64,000 nucleotides of DNA from positions 64,001 through 128,000 of the forward strand of contig CAVPBK010000011.1 in assembly GCA_963701855.1 (NCBI GenBank), given 5' to 3'. Below the pieces are notes generated by a model. The model was not told the origin of the DNA, did not search any database, and saw nothing but the letters and a program-made list of their open reading frames with translations. This DNA is from Nitrospirota bacterium (lineage in GTDB: Bacteria; Nitrospirota; Nitrospiria; Nitrospirales; Nitrospiraceae). Position 1 is the stretch's first letter. Every line of letters begins with the position of its first letter. The translations under genes and the position numbers were made by a program. This document shows positions 50,866 to 60,109 of this stretch, piece after piece.

Positions 50866-51011
50866 AGACAAGCCCTCTCTTGATGTGATGCAATGCGCCA
50901 CAAACCTAGCATAGCGGGAAAGAGACTTCACGCCGGGGCATTGAGCATGGACGGATCCTTTGTGAGACCTGTGGTAATGAATCCAGATATCGTTTCATGT
51001 TTCTCGTTGAT

Positions 51012-51368
51012 TCATTTAGTCACACCACTGGCCTGGAGCCGAATCTTCTCTTCTATGCTCGCCATGAGTTCAGCAAATCGTTCAGGCTCTGGGGCCGTTC
51101 TCGGATCGAAACAGCCGGCATCCCGTAACATGCGCAAATATTCGAACTCAGTGAGCCACTTACTTTTGTTGGTTCTTTCTTCCGCGAGAGCATAGTAAAT
51201 ATCATAGAGCGCGGTTTCAGGCGCTGAATGTTGCATGGCGTGAACATCGTTGAGTATGGTTGACACCGTCTTGTTGCGAACGAGTTGCATTCCCCTTGAT
51301 GAACTCAGGAAATAGACCACGGCTGCACCAGCAGCGATGACCGTGAGAATGATCAAGAGGAATTCCAT
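51012..51368 (-). CDS. Hypothetical protein with N-terminal TM helix
   Basis: MEFLLIILTVIAAGAAVVYFL after GGGAG. Confidence 0.65.
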   Translation of the reverse strand: MEFLLIILTVIAAGAAVVYFLSSSRGMQLVRNKTVSTILNDVHAMQHSAPETALYDIYYALAEERTNKSKWLTEFEYLRMLRDAGCFDPRTAPEPERFAELMASIEEKIRLQASGVTK

Positions 51369-51764
51369 TGGATGTAGCCTACTCCCGGCAAGTAGAACGG
51401 CACAAGTAGCTGCAGACGCCAGATGCGCATCCTCAGCCATTCCTTTTGAGAAACGATTGCGAGATTGGAAAGGCGTCGCTCCGGCTAATGGCAATACTCG
51501 GGTTATCGATTGCGATGCAATCGGAAGCAGGACGGATGAAAAATATCTGCCAAGTCGGTGGGTGGGTAAGAAAGTCGCGCGGAGTGGGACCAAGCATGAG
51601 AGGCTTTGTCGGCAGATTGGGGCAAGGATGGCTGCAATTTTCTGTCCAAACTCTTAGTGTGGTAGTACAATTGGAGCGGTTTAGCAGGCTGCGGAAAAAC
51701 TCAGCTAATACGAAACGCACGGTTGAAATACTCTCATATGGTGCTGGAGGCCTGAATTGCCTCA

Positions 51765-51925
51765 GGATGCTCAAAAGGCCATCCAGCAAAGCCGCAGCAA
51801 CTTATCATTTTATAAGGGGTGGCTGGGATGATTCCAACTGCGCGCGTCCAACGAGGGCCTTCTGTGGCTGCGCGTTGCGCGAGCACGGGGATCGTTCCAG
51901 CCATCCCGCCCATTTTTCAGCATCC
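51765..51925 (-). repeat. Family A repeat (reverse) with a different core
   Basis: ggatgctcaaaaggccatccagcaaagccgcag is the reverse complement of the family A 3' end; closes with tttttcagcatcc. Confidence 0.75.
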
Positions 51926-52053
51926 AGCTGGAGGCCGCAACGGATAGGCTCCGTACGCATGCGTCGTTAGGGCTGAACAGCCGAACGAATTGGTCGCGAC
52001 CATCCGAGGATTTCTTGGTACGCAAGAGTCATCGATAGAGAGAAGGAGACAGC

Positions 52054-52398
52054 ATGACCGAGTTCATCTTGCGAAAGGGTCAACGGCTCAAGACATTTGC
52101 GACGATGCGCTACTTTGGGGACGGGGTTGCTGGTGAAGGAATCATCAAAGATCTTTCGCTGAACGGGAGTTACATTACCGGGAACAGGCCGGTCTCCATC
52201 GGGATGGTGCTCGCCCTACATATTTTTGTGCCGGGAGAGGCCACGCTGTTACTGATTGAACGCGCCACCGTGAAATGGGTCAAGAGGGCTGATTTCGGGG
52301 TGGACTTCGACACGCACGAGCCGAAGGTGGCCGAGCATATCACACGGGTCATCTCCAAGCTGGTCAAGACACAACATGGCTCATCCCGTGATGAATAA
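52054..52398 (+). CDS. PilZ-domain protein
   Basis: RKGQR (RxxxR) and DLSLNG (DxSxxG); AAGGAG RBS. Confidence 0.88.
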   Translation: MTEFILRKGQRLKTFATMRYFGDGVAGEGIIKDLSLNGSYITGNRPVSIGMVLALHIFVPGEATLLLIERATVKWVKRADFGVDFDTHEPKVAEHITRVISKLVKTQHGSSRDE

Positions 52399-52593
52399 GA
52401 AAACCTGGCAAATGTATTGCTCCACTTGTGCCCTCCTTGCTCGCAGAACGCACACGATAACACGGTGCTCATCCGATGCGCGCAGTCGAGGGCAGTCTTG
52501 GTCGCTCCCTTAGAGAGAGTAACGAGAATTGGAAGGCCTGTGCACGATGCGCGTAGTGGAAGATGAATCGGACCACTCCTGCATGCGCAGTGA

Positions 52594-52965
52594 TTATTTC
52601 GACTCGCGAACCGGGAGTAGCCGGCGCACCGGGCCTGTGGGTTTATTCTGATACCGTGCGACAAACATCTCTCCCGCGGTGCGGGCATGATCCTCGGCAT
52701 CCTCTCGCGTTGAAAAACGCGCCTCCCCCACCTGCCACCACTGGCTCGCACTCACGCTCTCCCCTAACAACTCCGTGACCGACACCCTCAGCGCCTTCGC
52801 CAATCGCACCAGCGTGCTAAGCGTCGGGTCGTGCTCCCCTTGCTCCAGCTTGGTCACATAGAATGAGACTAGCCCTGCTTTCACCGCGAGCTGTTCGGGC
52901 GTCAGACCCCGGCGAGTTCGCAGTCGCTGGAGCTGTTTACCGAAACGTTGAATCGCACGCATCAC
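52594..52965 (-). CDS. XRE-family HTH regulator
   Basis: LRTRRGLT.EQLA.KAG.....VTKLEQG...PTL.TL..LAKAL. Confidence 0.88.
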   Translation of the reverse strand: MMRAIQRFGKQLQRLRTRRGLTPEQLAVKAGLVSFYVTKLEQGEHDPTLSTLVRLAKALRVSVTELLGESVSASQWWQVGEARFSTREDAEDHARTAGEMFVARYQNKPTGPVRRLLPVRESK

Positions 52966-53044
52966 ACCTCCGGTACGAATGCAGGAGACAACGGGGTGAG
53001 TCTACACCGCCGGCAGAGAAAAAGAGATGGAGCCTGATGATCTT

Positions 53045-53200
53045 CTGTGCTCGTGCAACGCGCGGCGTCCACAGAGGAAGGTTAAGGTTGCGGCTCAGGT
53101 TGAGCACTGACCACTTCGACTCGGCGTTTGTTCAACCCTTAACCTAAGCCTTGGCCTTCCAATAAGACACGCGCAGTGGAAGATCAATCAGCCCCCACCC
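53045..53200 (+). repeat. Composite repeat with 6-mer hairpin core
   Basis: gtgctcgtgcaacgcgc matches the reverse complement of the 51870-51887 core; gaaggttaaggttg...caacccttaacct hairpin; gcgcagtggaagat also near 52550. Confidence 0.55.
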
Positions 53201-53309
53201 CCAGAAAGGGAACGAGCGACAAAAAAAGATTCTCGACCCCTTTGATGTCCCCGAATTCGGCTGAGACAGACCACCCGCGCGTGGGGTTGACGAAAAGTCA
53301 TCCTGCCGG

Positions 53310-53672
53310 CTAATGCGCCAAATCGTCTCGAACGGCATCGAGTAATTTCCCCACATCTAAGGGCTTTTGAAACGTCTGACGCGTACCCAACAGCTTGGCC
53401 GCGTCGAGCCAACCCTGGCTCCCTCGACCACCGGACATGGCGATGACGTTGACGTTAGGACATTTCCTGGTCAGCTCTAATAACATGTCAAGGCCGTTCA
53501 TCTCCGGCATGACCATATCGGTAATGATCAAGTCCGCTGGTCGCTTCCGATACAACTCAAGACCAAGACGACCGTTAGCCGCTTCAAAGACTTCGTGGCC
53601 GTCCCCTTCCAGCGAATCACGGAGGAGCGCCCGTATTGGTTCCTGATCATCAACGACGAGTATGGTTGCCAT
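53310..53672 (-). CDS. Single-domain response regulator (receiver)
   Basis: ILVVDD, LIITDMVMPEMNG, AMSG, KP; AAGGAGG RBS. Confidence 0.92.
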   Translation of the reverse strand: MATILVVDDQEPIRALLRDSLEGDGHEVFEAANGRLGLELYRKRPADLIITDMVMPEMNGLDMLLELTRKCPNVNVIAMSGGRGSQGWLDAAKLLGTRQTFQKPLDVGKLLDAVRDDLAH

Positions 53673-54388
53673 CTGAGCACCTCCTTAATTCTCCGCTGTG
53701 ACTTCCTGGTTCGGGGGACAGGTCCACTAGAGTGAAGCGTAGAGGACGCCTTGGAAACGGGGCAGACCACAAGGAAGTAACTCCGAAGAGGGGAAAGTAC
53801 AGTCAAGATTTTTATAGACACTCGTTGTTTCAGGGCTTTGTGGTCAGGCGCGTGCCGCTGTAAGTGACGCCCGATAAGTCTTGGCGCAGCTGGCCGAGCC
53901 GTCTTCTCCCTGCACTCCTCTGTTTCTGCCAGAAGAATGATGGCAGAGTATGGTAGCTGTTTTCAGATCGTGAAGTAGCTGGACATCTGGATCACACAGC
54001 CCGAAGAGCACGGGCCTGCCATATATCTGGCCGGGGAGGTTGAGAGGGCATAGCGTGAACAGAGAACCGAACTTGTTTGTCTCATATATCTGAACTATTG
54101 GGTCTGTCTTGTTGGCCGGCCAGGCAAATCAACCAGAGAATCAGACAGGCCAGAGAGACCGGCGGGATTCGCGCTCAGCTTGCCGAGATCTTCCGTGTGG
54201 ACGGTACGAGGAAGGGTCGGTAACAGGAGCAGAAGGGAGAAGACAACCTACATGGTGAGTCTCTGACAAACGGAACAATCCGTGGGTACAGTTACTCCCT
54301 GCCTCAAGATGAGCGCAAAGGGTCGGAAAGTATTCCTGACACCGTACTGTCTTCCCAAATGAATTGAGGAAAGAACGCCTATTCTTCT

Positions 54389-55609
54389 TCACTCACATTG
54401 CACGAACTGAGTTTCCCGGCAGCGCCGCGCCATCTCCTGCGCCTGCTCAATCTGTTCGGCGGTCATGTCTGAGGCCAGAGTGGTTTGATTCCTGATAGCA
54501 GTCTTCACATCATCGCCTCTCGACCCTGGGATCGCAAGGGTGAGCCACATGTACGCGCGGATCACATCCTTCGGCAGGCCCTGCCCATTGGCATACAACA
54601 CGCCGAGATTGCTCTGCGCCCGTGCATGTCCCTGTTGCGCCGCCCGACGATACCACCGCGCGGCCTCTTTATAACTCTGCGACACCCCCTGCCCGTTGTC
54701 ATACCTCACACCAAGATTGAACTGCGCCGATACATCCCCCTGCTCAGCCGCGCGCCGGTACCACAAGACGGCCTCCTCATAGTTCCGCGCCACGCCTTGT
54801 CCATTGGCATACAGTACACCCAGCTGAAACTGTGCCAGCGCATCTCCCAGGTCAGCCGCCCGCCGGTACCATTGTATGGCCAGGCGATAGTCCTTCGGTA
54901 GGCCCTGCCCGCGGGCATACAACAAGCCCAAATGGCTCTGCGCCCGCGCATGTCCTTGGTCAGCCGCCTGCTGGTACCACTGAATTGCCTCCTCGTAGCT
55001 CTGCGGCACGCCTTGTCCATTGGCATACAGCACACCCAGCTGAAACTGTGCTGGCGCATGTCTTTGATCAGCTGCCCGCCGATACCACCGCCCGGCCTCT
55101 TCATAACTCTGCGACACCCCCTGCCCGCCGACATACAGCATACCCAGCTGGAACTGTGCCGCAGCGACTCTCTGGTCAGCCGCCCGCCGGTACCACTGCC
55201 CGGCCTCTTCATAACTCTGCGACACCCCCTGCCCGCCGACATACAGCATACCCAGCTGGAACTGTGCCGCAGCATCTCCCTGTTCCGCTGCCCGCCGATA
55301 CCACCGTCCAGCCATCTCATAATTCTGCAGAACGCCCTGCCCGTTGGCATAGAGCACACCCAGAAAACTCTGTGCCCCGGCATGTCCCTGTTCAGCCAGA
55401 GGACGGAAGAGTCGCGCCGCAAGGTCATAGTTATCACGATGAACCGCAGAGACGGCATCTGTATAGGAATCGGCCCCCGAGACGGTCGCAGAAGCCGCAA
55501 CCAAGAACAGGGCAAAGAGAACTCCCCGCATCAATGAGCTGCCTTTCAACATACCCACAGCATCAACAGCCGGAGCGCCGCAAAAGGGACAGGTGAAGGA
55601 GTATTCCAC
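54389..55609 (-). CDS. Sel1-repeat protein; true start probably near 55549 or 55528
   Basis: Eight to nine 36-aa AQF.LG..Y..GQGV...Y.EA..WYRRAA.QG repeats; signal-like segment after MRGVLF. Confidence 0.92.
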   Translation of the reverse strand: MEYSFTCPFCGAPAVDAVGMLKGSSLMRGVLFALFLVAASATVSGADSYTDAVSAVHRDNYDLAARLFRPLAEQGHAGAQSFLGVLYANGQGVLQNYEMAGRWYRRAAEQGDAAAQFQLGMLYVGGQGVSQSYEEAGQWYRRAADQRVAAAQFQLGMLYVGGQGVSQSYEEAGRWYRRAADQRHAPAQFQLGVLYANGQGVPQSYEEAIQWYQQAADQGHARAQSHLGLLYARGQGLPKDYRLAIQWYRRAADLGDALAQFQLGVLYANGQGVARNYEEAVLWYRRAAEQGDVSAQFNLGVRYDNGQGVSQSYKEAARWYRRAAQQGHARAQSNLGVLYANGQGLPKDVIRAYMWLTLAIPGSRGDDVKTAIRNQTTLASDMTAEQIEQAQEMARRCRETQFVQCE

Positions 55610-55620
55610 GACAGCCGAAC

Positions 55621-56052
55621 CTATCGACCTTCAATTCGCAGGCCGCGGCCATAAGGATTGGTGGGACTACTGGGGCTATAGGGATTTCCGTCGCCGTAGG
55701 GATTCTTGATCGAGTCCGGCGAGAACGGAGAGCCGTAGCGGCCGTAGGGGTTACTCGTCGAATCAGGATCATACGGGTTCGCGCTCAGCTTACCGCGATA
55801 GTTTCCCTGTTGATCGTAGAGCCTTGGAGCGTCAGTCGCATAGGGATTCGTGGCCGATTGATTGCTGAAGGGACTGCCGTAGGGACTGAAGGGATTGTTG
55901 ATGCCGTCCGGCTTGAAGGGACTTCCAGCTCCGAATGGATTGGACGTGGAATCGGGATTGTAAGGATTCGCGCTCAGTTCGCCGAGGTCTTCCGCATGGA
56001 CGGGGAGAGGCAGTGGCAGCAGCAGGAGCAACAGAAGGAAGACAACCCACAT
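55621..56052 (-). CDS. Secreted NP(Y/F)G-repeat protein
   Basis: Signal peptide ending VHA; two LSANPY.PDSTSNP.G halves. Confidence 0.8.
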   Translation of the reverse strand: MWVVFLLLLLLLPLPLPVHAEDLGELSANPYNPDSTSNPFGAGSPFKPDGINNPFSPYGSPFSNQSATNPYATDAPRLYDQQGNYRGKLSANPYDPDSTSNPYGRYGSPFSPDSIKNPYGDGNPYSPSSPTNPYGRGLRIEGR

Positions 56053-56124
56053 GGCGAGTCTCCGACAAGCGGAAGAACTAGTGAGCTCAGCCTACTCCCC
56101 AACTGGAGATCAGCGCAAGGTGGC

Positions 56125-56148
56125 TAGAAACTGTTCCTGACACCGTTT
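56125..56148. repeat. Solo copy of the RAYT terminal repeat
   Basis: tagaaactgttcctgacaccgttt matches 23758-23782; a partial copy ttcctgacaccgt lies at 54333-54345. Confidence 0.8.
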
Positions 56149-56298
56149 CCTTCTCCGAACGTCCGGTCGAGGCACTTGTCACGAAAAACTGATATTGTAA
56201 CGTCGAGGGTTTTGCCGGCAGACGACATCGAGAACGGAACTGGTGGTTTACTGAATGGCAGGGATCCCGCTCCCGCACCATAGACTAGGAGGTGCCGT

Positions 56299-56421
56299 AT
56301 GGATCTATTTGATAAGTCTAGACGGGACATGGCGGACGAAGTCAATAAATCGGTCAAGTGGGTCGTGTTAGTCGCCATCTTCGGACTCATGTTGATGACG
56401 TTGTATATCATGGTCACGTGA
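56299..56421 (+). CDS. 40-aa single-pass membrane peptide (absent from the ORF track)
   Basis: AGGAGGT RBS; MDLFDKSRRDMADEVNKSVKWVVLVAIFGLMLMTLYIMVT. Confidence 0.65.
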   Translation: MDLFDKSRRDMADEVNKSVKWVVLVAIFGLMLMTLYIMVT

Positions 56422-56468
56422 GCCCGGCCAGGGAATGGATGTGTGGAAGAAGCAAAACGGGAAAGGAG

Positions 56469-56858
56469 TTATAGCGGTTCCTGAAGCTGGAGCGGAGCGT
56501 ACTTTCGATCTTTCGGCAGCGTGAATTTGAAATGCCAATCCTGTTGCCCACCTTCTGGTGCGACGCGGAACGAGCCTTCTGCGGCGAGATGCTCGCCTGA
56601 TTTGGACTTACCCTCCGGATAGAACTTGAACTGCAAATGTCCCTGTTGATTTCCTTTTACATCACCGGAGTCGAGCTTTCCCATGATTTCGATGTGGTCT
56701 TCAAGTCTATCGAATGCTTGGTTGAGAAGTGAACGGAGGAGACTCGTGGTCAACCCCTGTTGGAAGGGTGCCTCCGGGTCGAACGGTTCAACCTCAGCGG
56801 CCCACACCGGACCTGCCGCACACACCAAGAAAAATGCTATCGCGACAGCACGTACCAT
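56469..56858 (-). CDS. Exported hypothetical protein
   Basis: Signal peptide ending VWA. Confidence 0.75.
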   Translation of the reverse strand: MVRAVAIAFFLVCAAGPVWAAEVEPFDPEAPFQQGLTTSLLRSLLNQAFDRLEDHIEIMGKLDSGDVKGNQQGHLQFKFYPEGKSKSGEHLAAEGSFRVAPEGGQQDWHFKFTLPKDRKYAPLQLQEPL

Positions 56859-57195
56859 GCGATCACTCTATTACCCAAACCCTGCGCCGTCAAGGGCTCG
56901 CCTCCTGAATTTCCGTATTGCTCCATACTGCTTACCGCGAGGGACGCGGCAAGGAATTCACAGCGACAAAGGACCCGGTCCCATAAAGTAGCCTATCCCC
57001 GTTTCTTCCCGCTCACAATGTCCAGCAGTCTTTGTGAATACGTCGGACACTTAGAGGTAGAGGCCGAGGAGCCCCAGCGGAAGCAAAAACATGGTAGTGA
57101 GGAGGATAATCATGCTGACTCAACCTTATCGTCCGTCAACACCACGATGATCGGATATCGACGGACGTAAAGCGCAGTGTCTTGGGAGTGAAAGC

Positions 57196-57753
57196 TTACG
57201 CCTTCTCCTTCACCGTCAGATCGTTCTTCACCGACTTCACGCCGGGAACCTGCCAGACAGTCCAAGACGCTTGGGCACTGGTCATCAGGCTCGACACTTC
57301 ACCGCTCAACGCCACCACGCCCGCATTGGTCTGGGCATGGATACCGGCATCCTTCAAATAGGAGTCTTTCGCGATCTGCGCATTGACCCGTGTCGTAATT
57401 GAGGCATCTTTGTCATCGATCGCCTCGCGTTTGGCAGGGGCGACGACTTGGAGCTCGTTCTTCACCGTCTTGACACCGTCGATCCCTTTGGCGATCCCTT
57501 CGGCCGCCTGTTTCGCCTCATCAGAATCAACCTTGCCACGGATGATCACCGAGCCCTGGGAGGTCTCGACATTGATCTCGCTCCCTTTGACCCGGGCATC
57601 GGCAAACAGCGCAATCTTGGTCTTCGCCGTCATCCATGTGTCATTGATCGGCGTCTTCTCGTCGGCCTTGCTGACCGCGTGGGCCGAACCGGTGATGAGT
57701 GCTCCACCGATAACCAGAGCCGTGCAGAGTGTCAGTACATAGCGTGTGTTCAT
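57196..57753 (-). CDS. Dual BON-domain (OsmY-like) protein
   Basis: Two D..IT..V/K...L...I.V.T..G.V.L.G.V...V.GVK.VKN.L units; signal peptide; AAGGAG RBS. Confidence 0.92.
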   Translation of the reverse strand: MNTRYVLTLCTALVIGGALITGSAHAVSKADEKTPINDTWMTAKTKIALFADARVKGSEINVETSQGSVIIRGKVDSDEAKQAAEGIAKGIDGVKTVKNELQVVAPAKREAIDDKDASITTRVNAQIAKDSYLKDAGIHAQTNAGVVALSGEVSSLMTSAQASWTVWQVPGVKSVKNDLTVKEKA

Positions 57754-57816
57754 AGTCTTCTCCTTAACCGACATGTAAAAGTGTCTTGTCAAACGTCTAT
57801 CGCGGGTGGAATCCAC

Positions 57817-58047
57817 TCAGCGAGACTTCTTCTCCACGACTTTCGGCGCGGCAGGCTTCGCATGCCACGCGTCCGCCCACTTCATCAGCTCGACCTTTTT
57901 CCCGGCATACCGTTCTTGAACTTTGCCGATAAATTTCTCGATGTTTCCTTCAATCTGCTTCAAGTCATCATCGGTAAACTCGCCCCACTGCTGTTTCAAG
58001 TCGCCTTTGAAATGGGTCCATTGTCCTTTGAGTTGTTCCGCATTCAT
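57817..58047 (-). CDS. CsbD-family stress protein
   Basis: MN.EQLKGQW..FKG..KQQWG..TDDDL..IEG.....GK.QERY. Confidence 0.92.
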   Translation of the reverse strand: MNAEQLKGQWTHFKGDLKQQWGEFTDDDLKQIEGNIEKFIGKVQERYAGKKVELMKWADAWHAKPAAPKVVEKKSR

Positions 58048-58104
58048 TGCATCGCCCTCCTTATGTGAAACATCGATACCTCAGCGTCACCGTGCAGCTT
58101 CCGG

Positions 58105-58272
58105 TCATGCAGCCCGAGCGGAGCGCCCTGTGATGAGATGGATCGCAACCAACACGATCCCGACCAAGAACAGCACCCAGGAAATCTGAACCGCAACCGC
58201 AGACACCCCGGCAAGATTCAGGGCGCCGGCAATCACACCGACCACCAGGAACACCAGTGCGTAGTAGAGCAT
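58105..58272 (-). CDS. DUF1328 (YtjA-like) small membrane protein (absent from the ORF track)
   Basis: MLYYALVFLVVGVIAGALNLAGVSAVAVQISWVLFLVGIVL...; AAGGAG RBS. Confidence 0.88.
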   Translation of the reverse strand: MLYYALVFLVVGVIAGALNLAGVSAVAVQISWVLFLVGIVLVAIHLITGRSARAA

Positions 58273-58778
58273 GGCTCACTCCTTTCTATGGAATGCGAGC
58301 GTGAGTCGAATAGTCCTCTGAAGCATGGCCGGCGCCCTGGCTGCCTCCATCAGCAGACCACGACACAACGGCATTCAGCCGTTCAGAGCAACTCTGACAA
58401 CGAAACGGAGGAGACTGGAGAATCGGTCACGCCCGGAAGGATCAGGAAGCGCAAGAGATGGGACAGTCAGCGAGCTTCATACCTCGCAACATCACCTTGG
58501 GCGCAATGAGTACAGGAGTCAAGCAATATAAATGCGGACCTGGATAGATCAATGACAACACTGGCTTGCACATATCGCGTCAGCCTTTCCTGGCCTAGCG
58601 CATGGCCTCCAGGCGTTCCTCATTCATCGACCTCTTGTCATCATGTGTGATGGGTTTCACCGGGGAACCGTTTGAGCGCATCTCCTGCTTCGCGGTGGAA
58701 GGATCGCTGGAGAACGCGCAGCCAGTCGCGATGAGCAAGAGCCGTCACAATAGACATGGGCTCCCTTGATCTAATCAG

Positions 58779-58955
58779 CTACTCGAGACACTTGGCCTCG
58801 AACTCAGCCAGGGCATCGTCTTCGACGGTGTAACGGATTTCGAGGGGGTTGCAGCAGACCTCACAGTCTTCGACATAGCTGTGCCGGTGAACCGAGAGGT
58901 CCAGGACCATCGAGATCTCTTCGCCGCAAAATGGACAGGTGAAGGAGTGTTCCAC
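58779..58955 (-). CDS. CPXCG-motif cysteine-rich protein (58 aa)
   Basis: VEHSFTCPFCGEEI..VLDLS....YVEDCEVCCNP; different frame from the listed ORF 58775..58960. Confidence 0.88.
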   Translation of the reverse strand: MEHSFTCPFCGEEISMVLDLSVHRHSYVEDCEVCCNPLEIRYTVEDDALAEFEAKCLE

Positions 58956-59015
58956 GACACTAATACGCTACCGCAAACCCCTCTCGCATAACAAATGGAG
59001 CGGGAAGAACGGCCC

Positions 59016-59762
59016 TTATGCTTTATTCAATGCGCGTGTGAACAGCTCCAGCACCATGCCGTAACAGATCCTGGCTGCAGCCGGATCGTAGCGGGGACCT
59101 TCGTCGCGAAGAAAGGCGTGTGCGGCGTTGAACTCATGCCATTGGAAATACACACCGGCATCACTCAGCGCGTTGTAGATCAGCGCCCGTCCCTCTCGGG
59201 GAATGTGTGGATCCTGCCTGCCCCAGATCATCAGCAGCTCGCCCGTGATCTCGCCGATCCGGTCCAGGCTGTTGTCGTGCATGCCCGCTCCCAGGCTGCG
59301 CTTGTGGATGTCGGTCGCGTAGCAACAGGTGGCGGCCAGCACGTCAGGCTGCATCGCCGCACGAAACGCCAAATGTCCCCCAAGACAAATCCCCATCGCG
59401 CCCAGCTTGCCCGTGCAATGCGGTGAGGACGTGAGAAAGTCCAGCGCCGCGCGCGCGTCGGCATCGTAGCTCGACAATGTCTTGGTGATCTTGTGCCGGT
59501 TGCCGCGCTCCGCGCCGGCCTCGTCATAGGCCAACACCGTTCCGGCCGGCTCCAGCTCGTGATAAATCTCCGGAACCGCCACCACAAATCCGTGGCTTGC
59601 CAACATCGCCGCAGCGCGTCGGATGGGCCCCGTCACCTGGAAGATCTCCGAAAACAGCAGCAGGCCCGGATACCGCCCCTCAGCCACCGGACGAAAGAGG
59701 TACGTGCGCATGGGCCCAGTGGACGTGTGGATATCAACCGACTCGGTATCTTTAATAATCAT
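59016..59762 (-). CDS. Dienelactone hydrolase family protein
   Basis: SEIFQV, GICLGG, QDPH, HAFLRD. Confidence 0.93.
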   Translation of the reverse strand: MIIKDTESVDIHTSTGPMRTYLFRPVAEGRYPGLLLFSEIFQVTGPIRRAAAMLASHGFVVAVPEIYHELEPAGTVLAYDEAGAERGNRHKITKTLSSYDADARAALDFLTSSPHCTGKLGAMGICLGGHLAFRAAMQPDVLAATCCYATDIHKRSLGAGMHDNSLDRIGEITGELLMIWGRQDPHIPREGRALIYNALSDAGVYFQWHEFNAAHAFLRDEGPRYDPAAARICYGMVLELFTRALNKA

Positions 59763-59826
59763 CCCGTTCTCTATTGAGCCCCTACAAAGTGCGGACGCCG
59801 AACACAGACCTTGCTATACTGTGTCG

Positions 59827-60027
59827 ATGCTCAAACGTTCTCTGAACAGAACCAATCCCTGTCTTGTCGATCCGGCAAAACGCCATGCCATGTTTCGGAT
59901 GACCGTCTACACCTCCACAGATATTGAAGGCGTCAAACTCACCCCGTCCGACCTGCTTGCTGGAACGAGAGCCGCGCGCCGCATTACTTCCCGTGAATCT
60001 GCAAAGTCCTCTCGATCACCACGATAA
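59827..60027 (+). CDS. Putative Fic antitoxin with SxxxEG inhibitory motif
   Basis: 66 aa containing TSTDIEG; extended -10-like TGCTATACT at 59812-59820; tail overlaps a convergent Fic remnant. Confidence 0.6.
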   Translation: MLKRSLNRTNPCLVDPAKRHAMFRMTVYTSTDIEGVKLTPSDLLAGTRAARRITSRESAKSSRSPR

Positions 60028-60106
60028 ATTGTTTCGTCATTGGTTCGTAATTGCAGGCTAGGCCAGCGCGAACTGCGGCAAAATACTCCTGCCGCATTCG
60101 ACCTGC
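59984..60106 (-). pseudogene. Probable C-terminal remnant of a Fic-family protein
   Basis: Reads GRMRQEYFAAVRAGLACNYEPMTKQFIVVIERTLQIHGK*, resembling class I Fic C-terminal helices (from recall); begins 3 bp after the hsdM stop. Confidence 0.55.
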
Positions 60107-60109
60107 CTA

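Noticed and set aside
56124..56417. 97-aa minus-strand ORF
   Set aside because: Antisense to the 40-aa peptide with the stronger RBS, and ends in a repeat.
58595..58757. Possible frameshifted small lipoprotein (LLIATGC)
   Set aside because: Needs a frameshift right after the start and has no other support.
58775..58960. Listed 61-aa ORF MSWNTPSP
   Set aside because: Wrong frame; the CPXCG gene at 58779..58955 explains the region.
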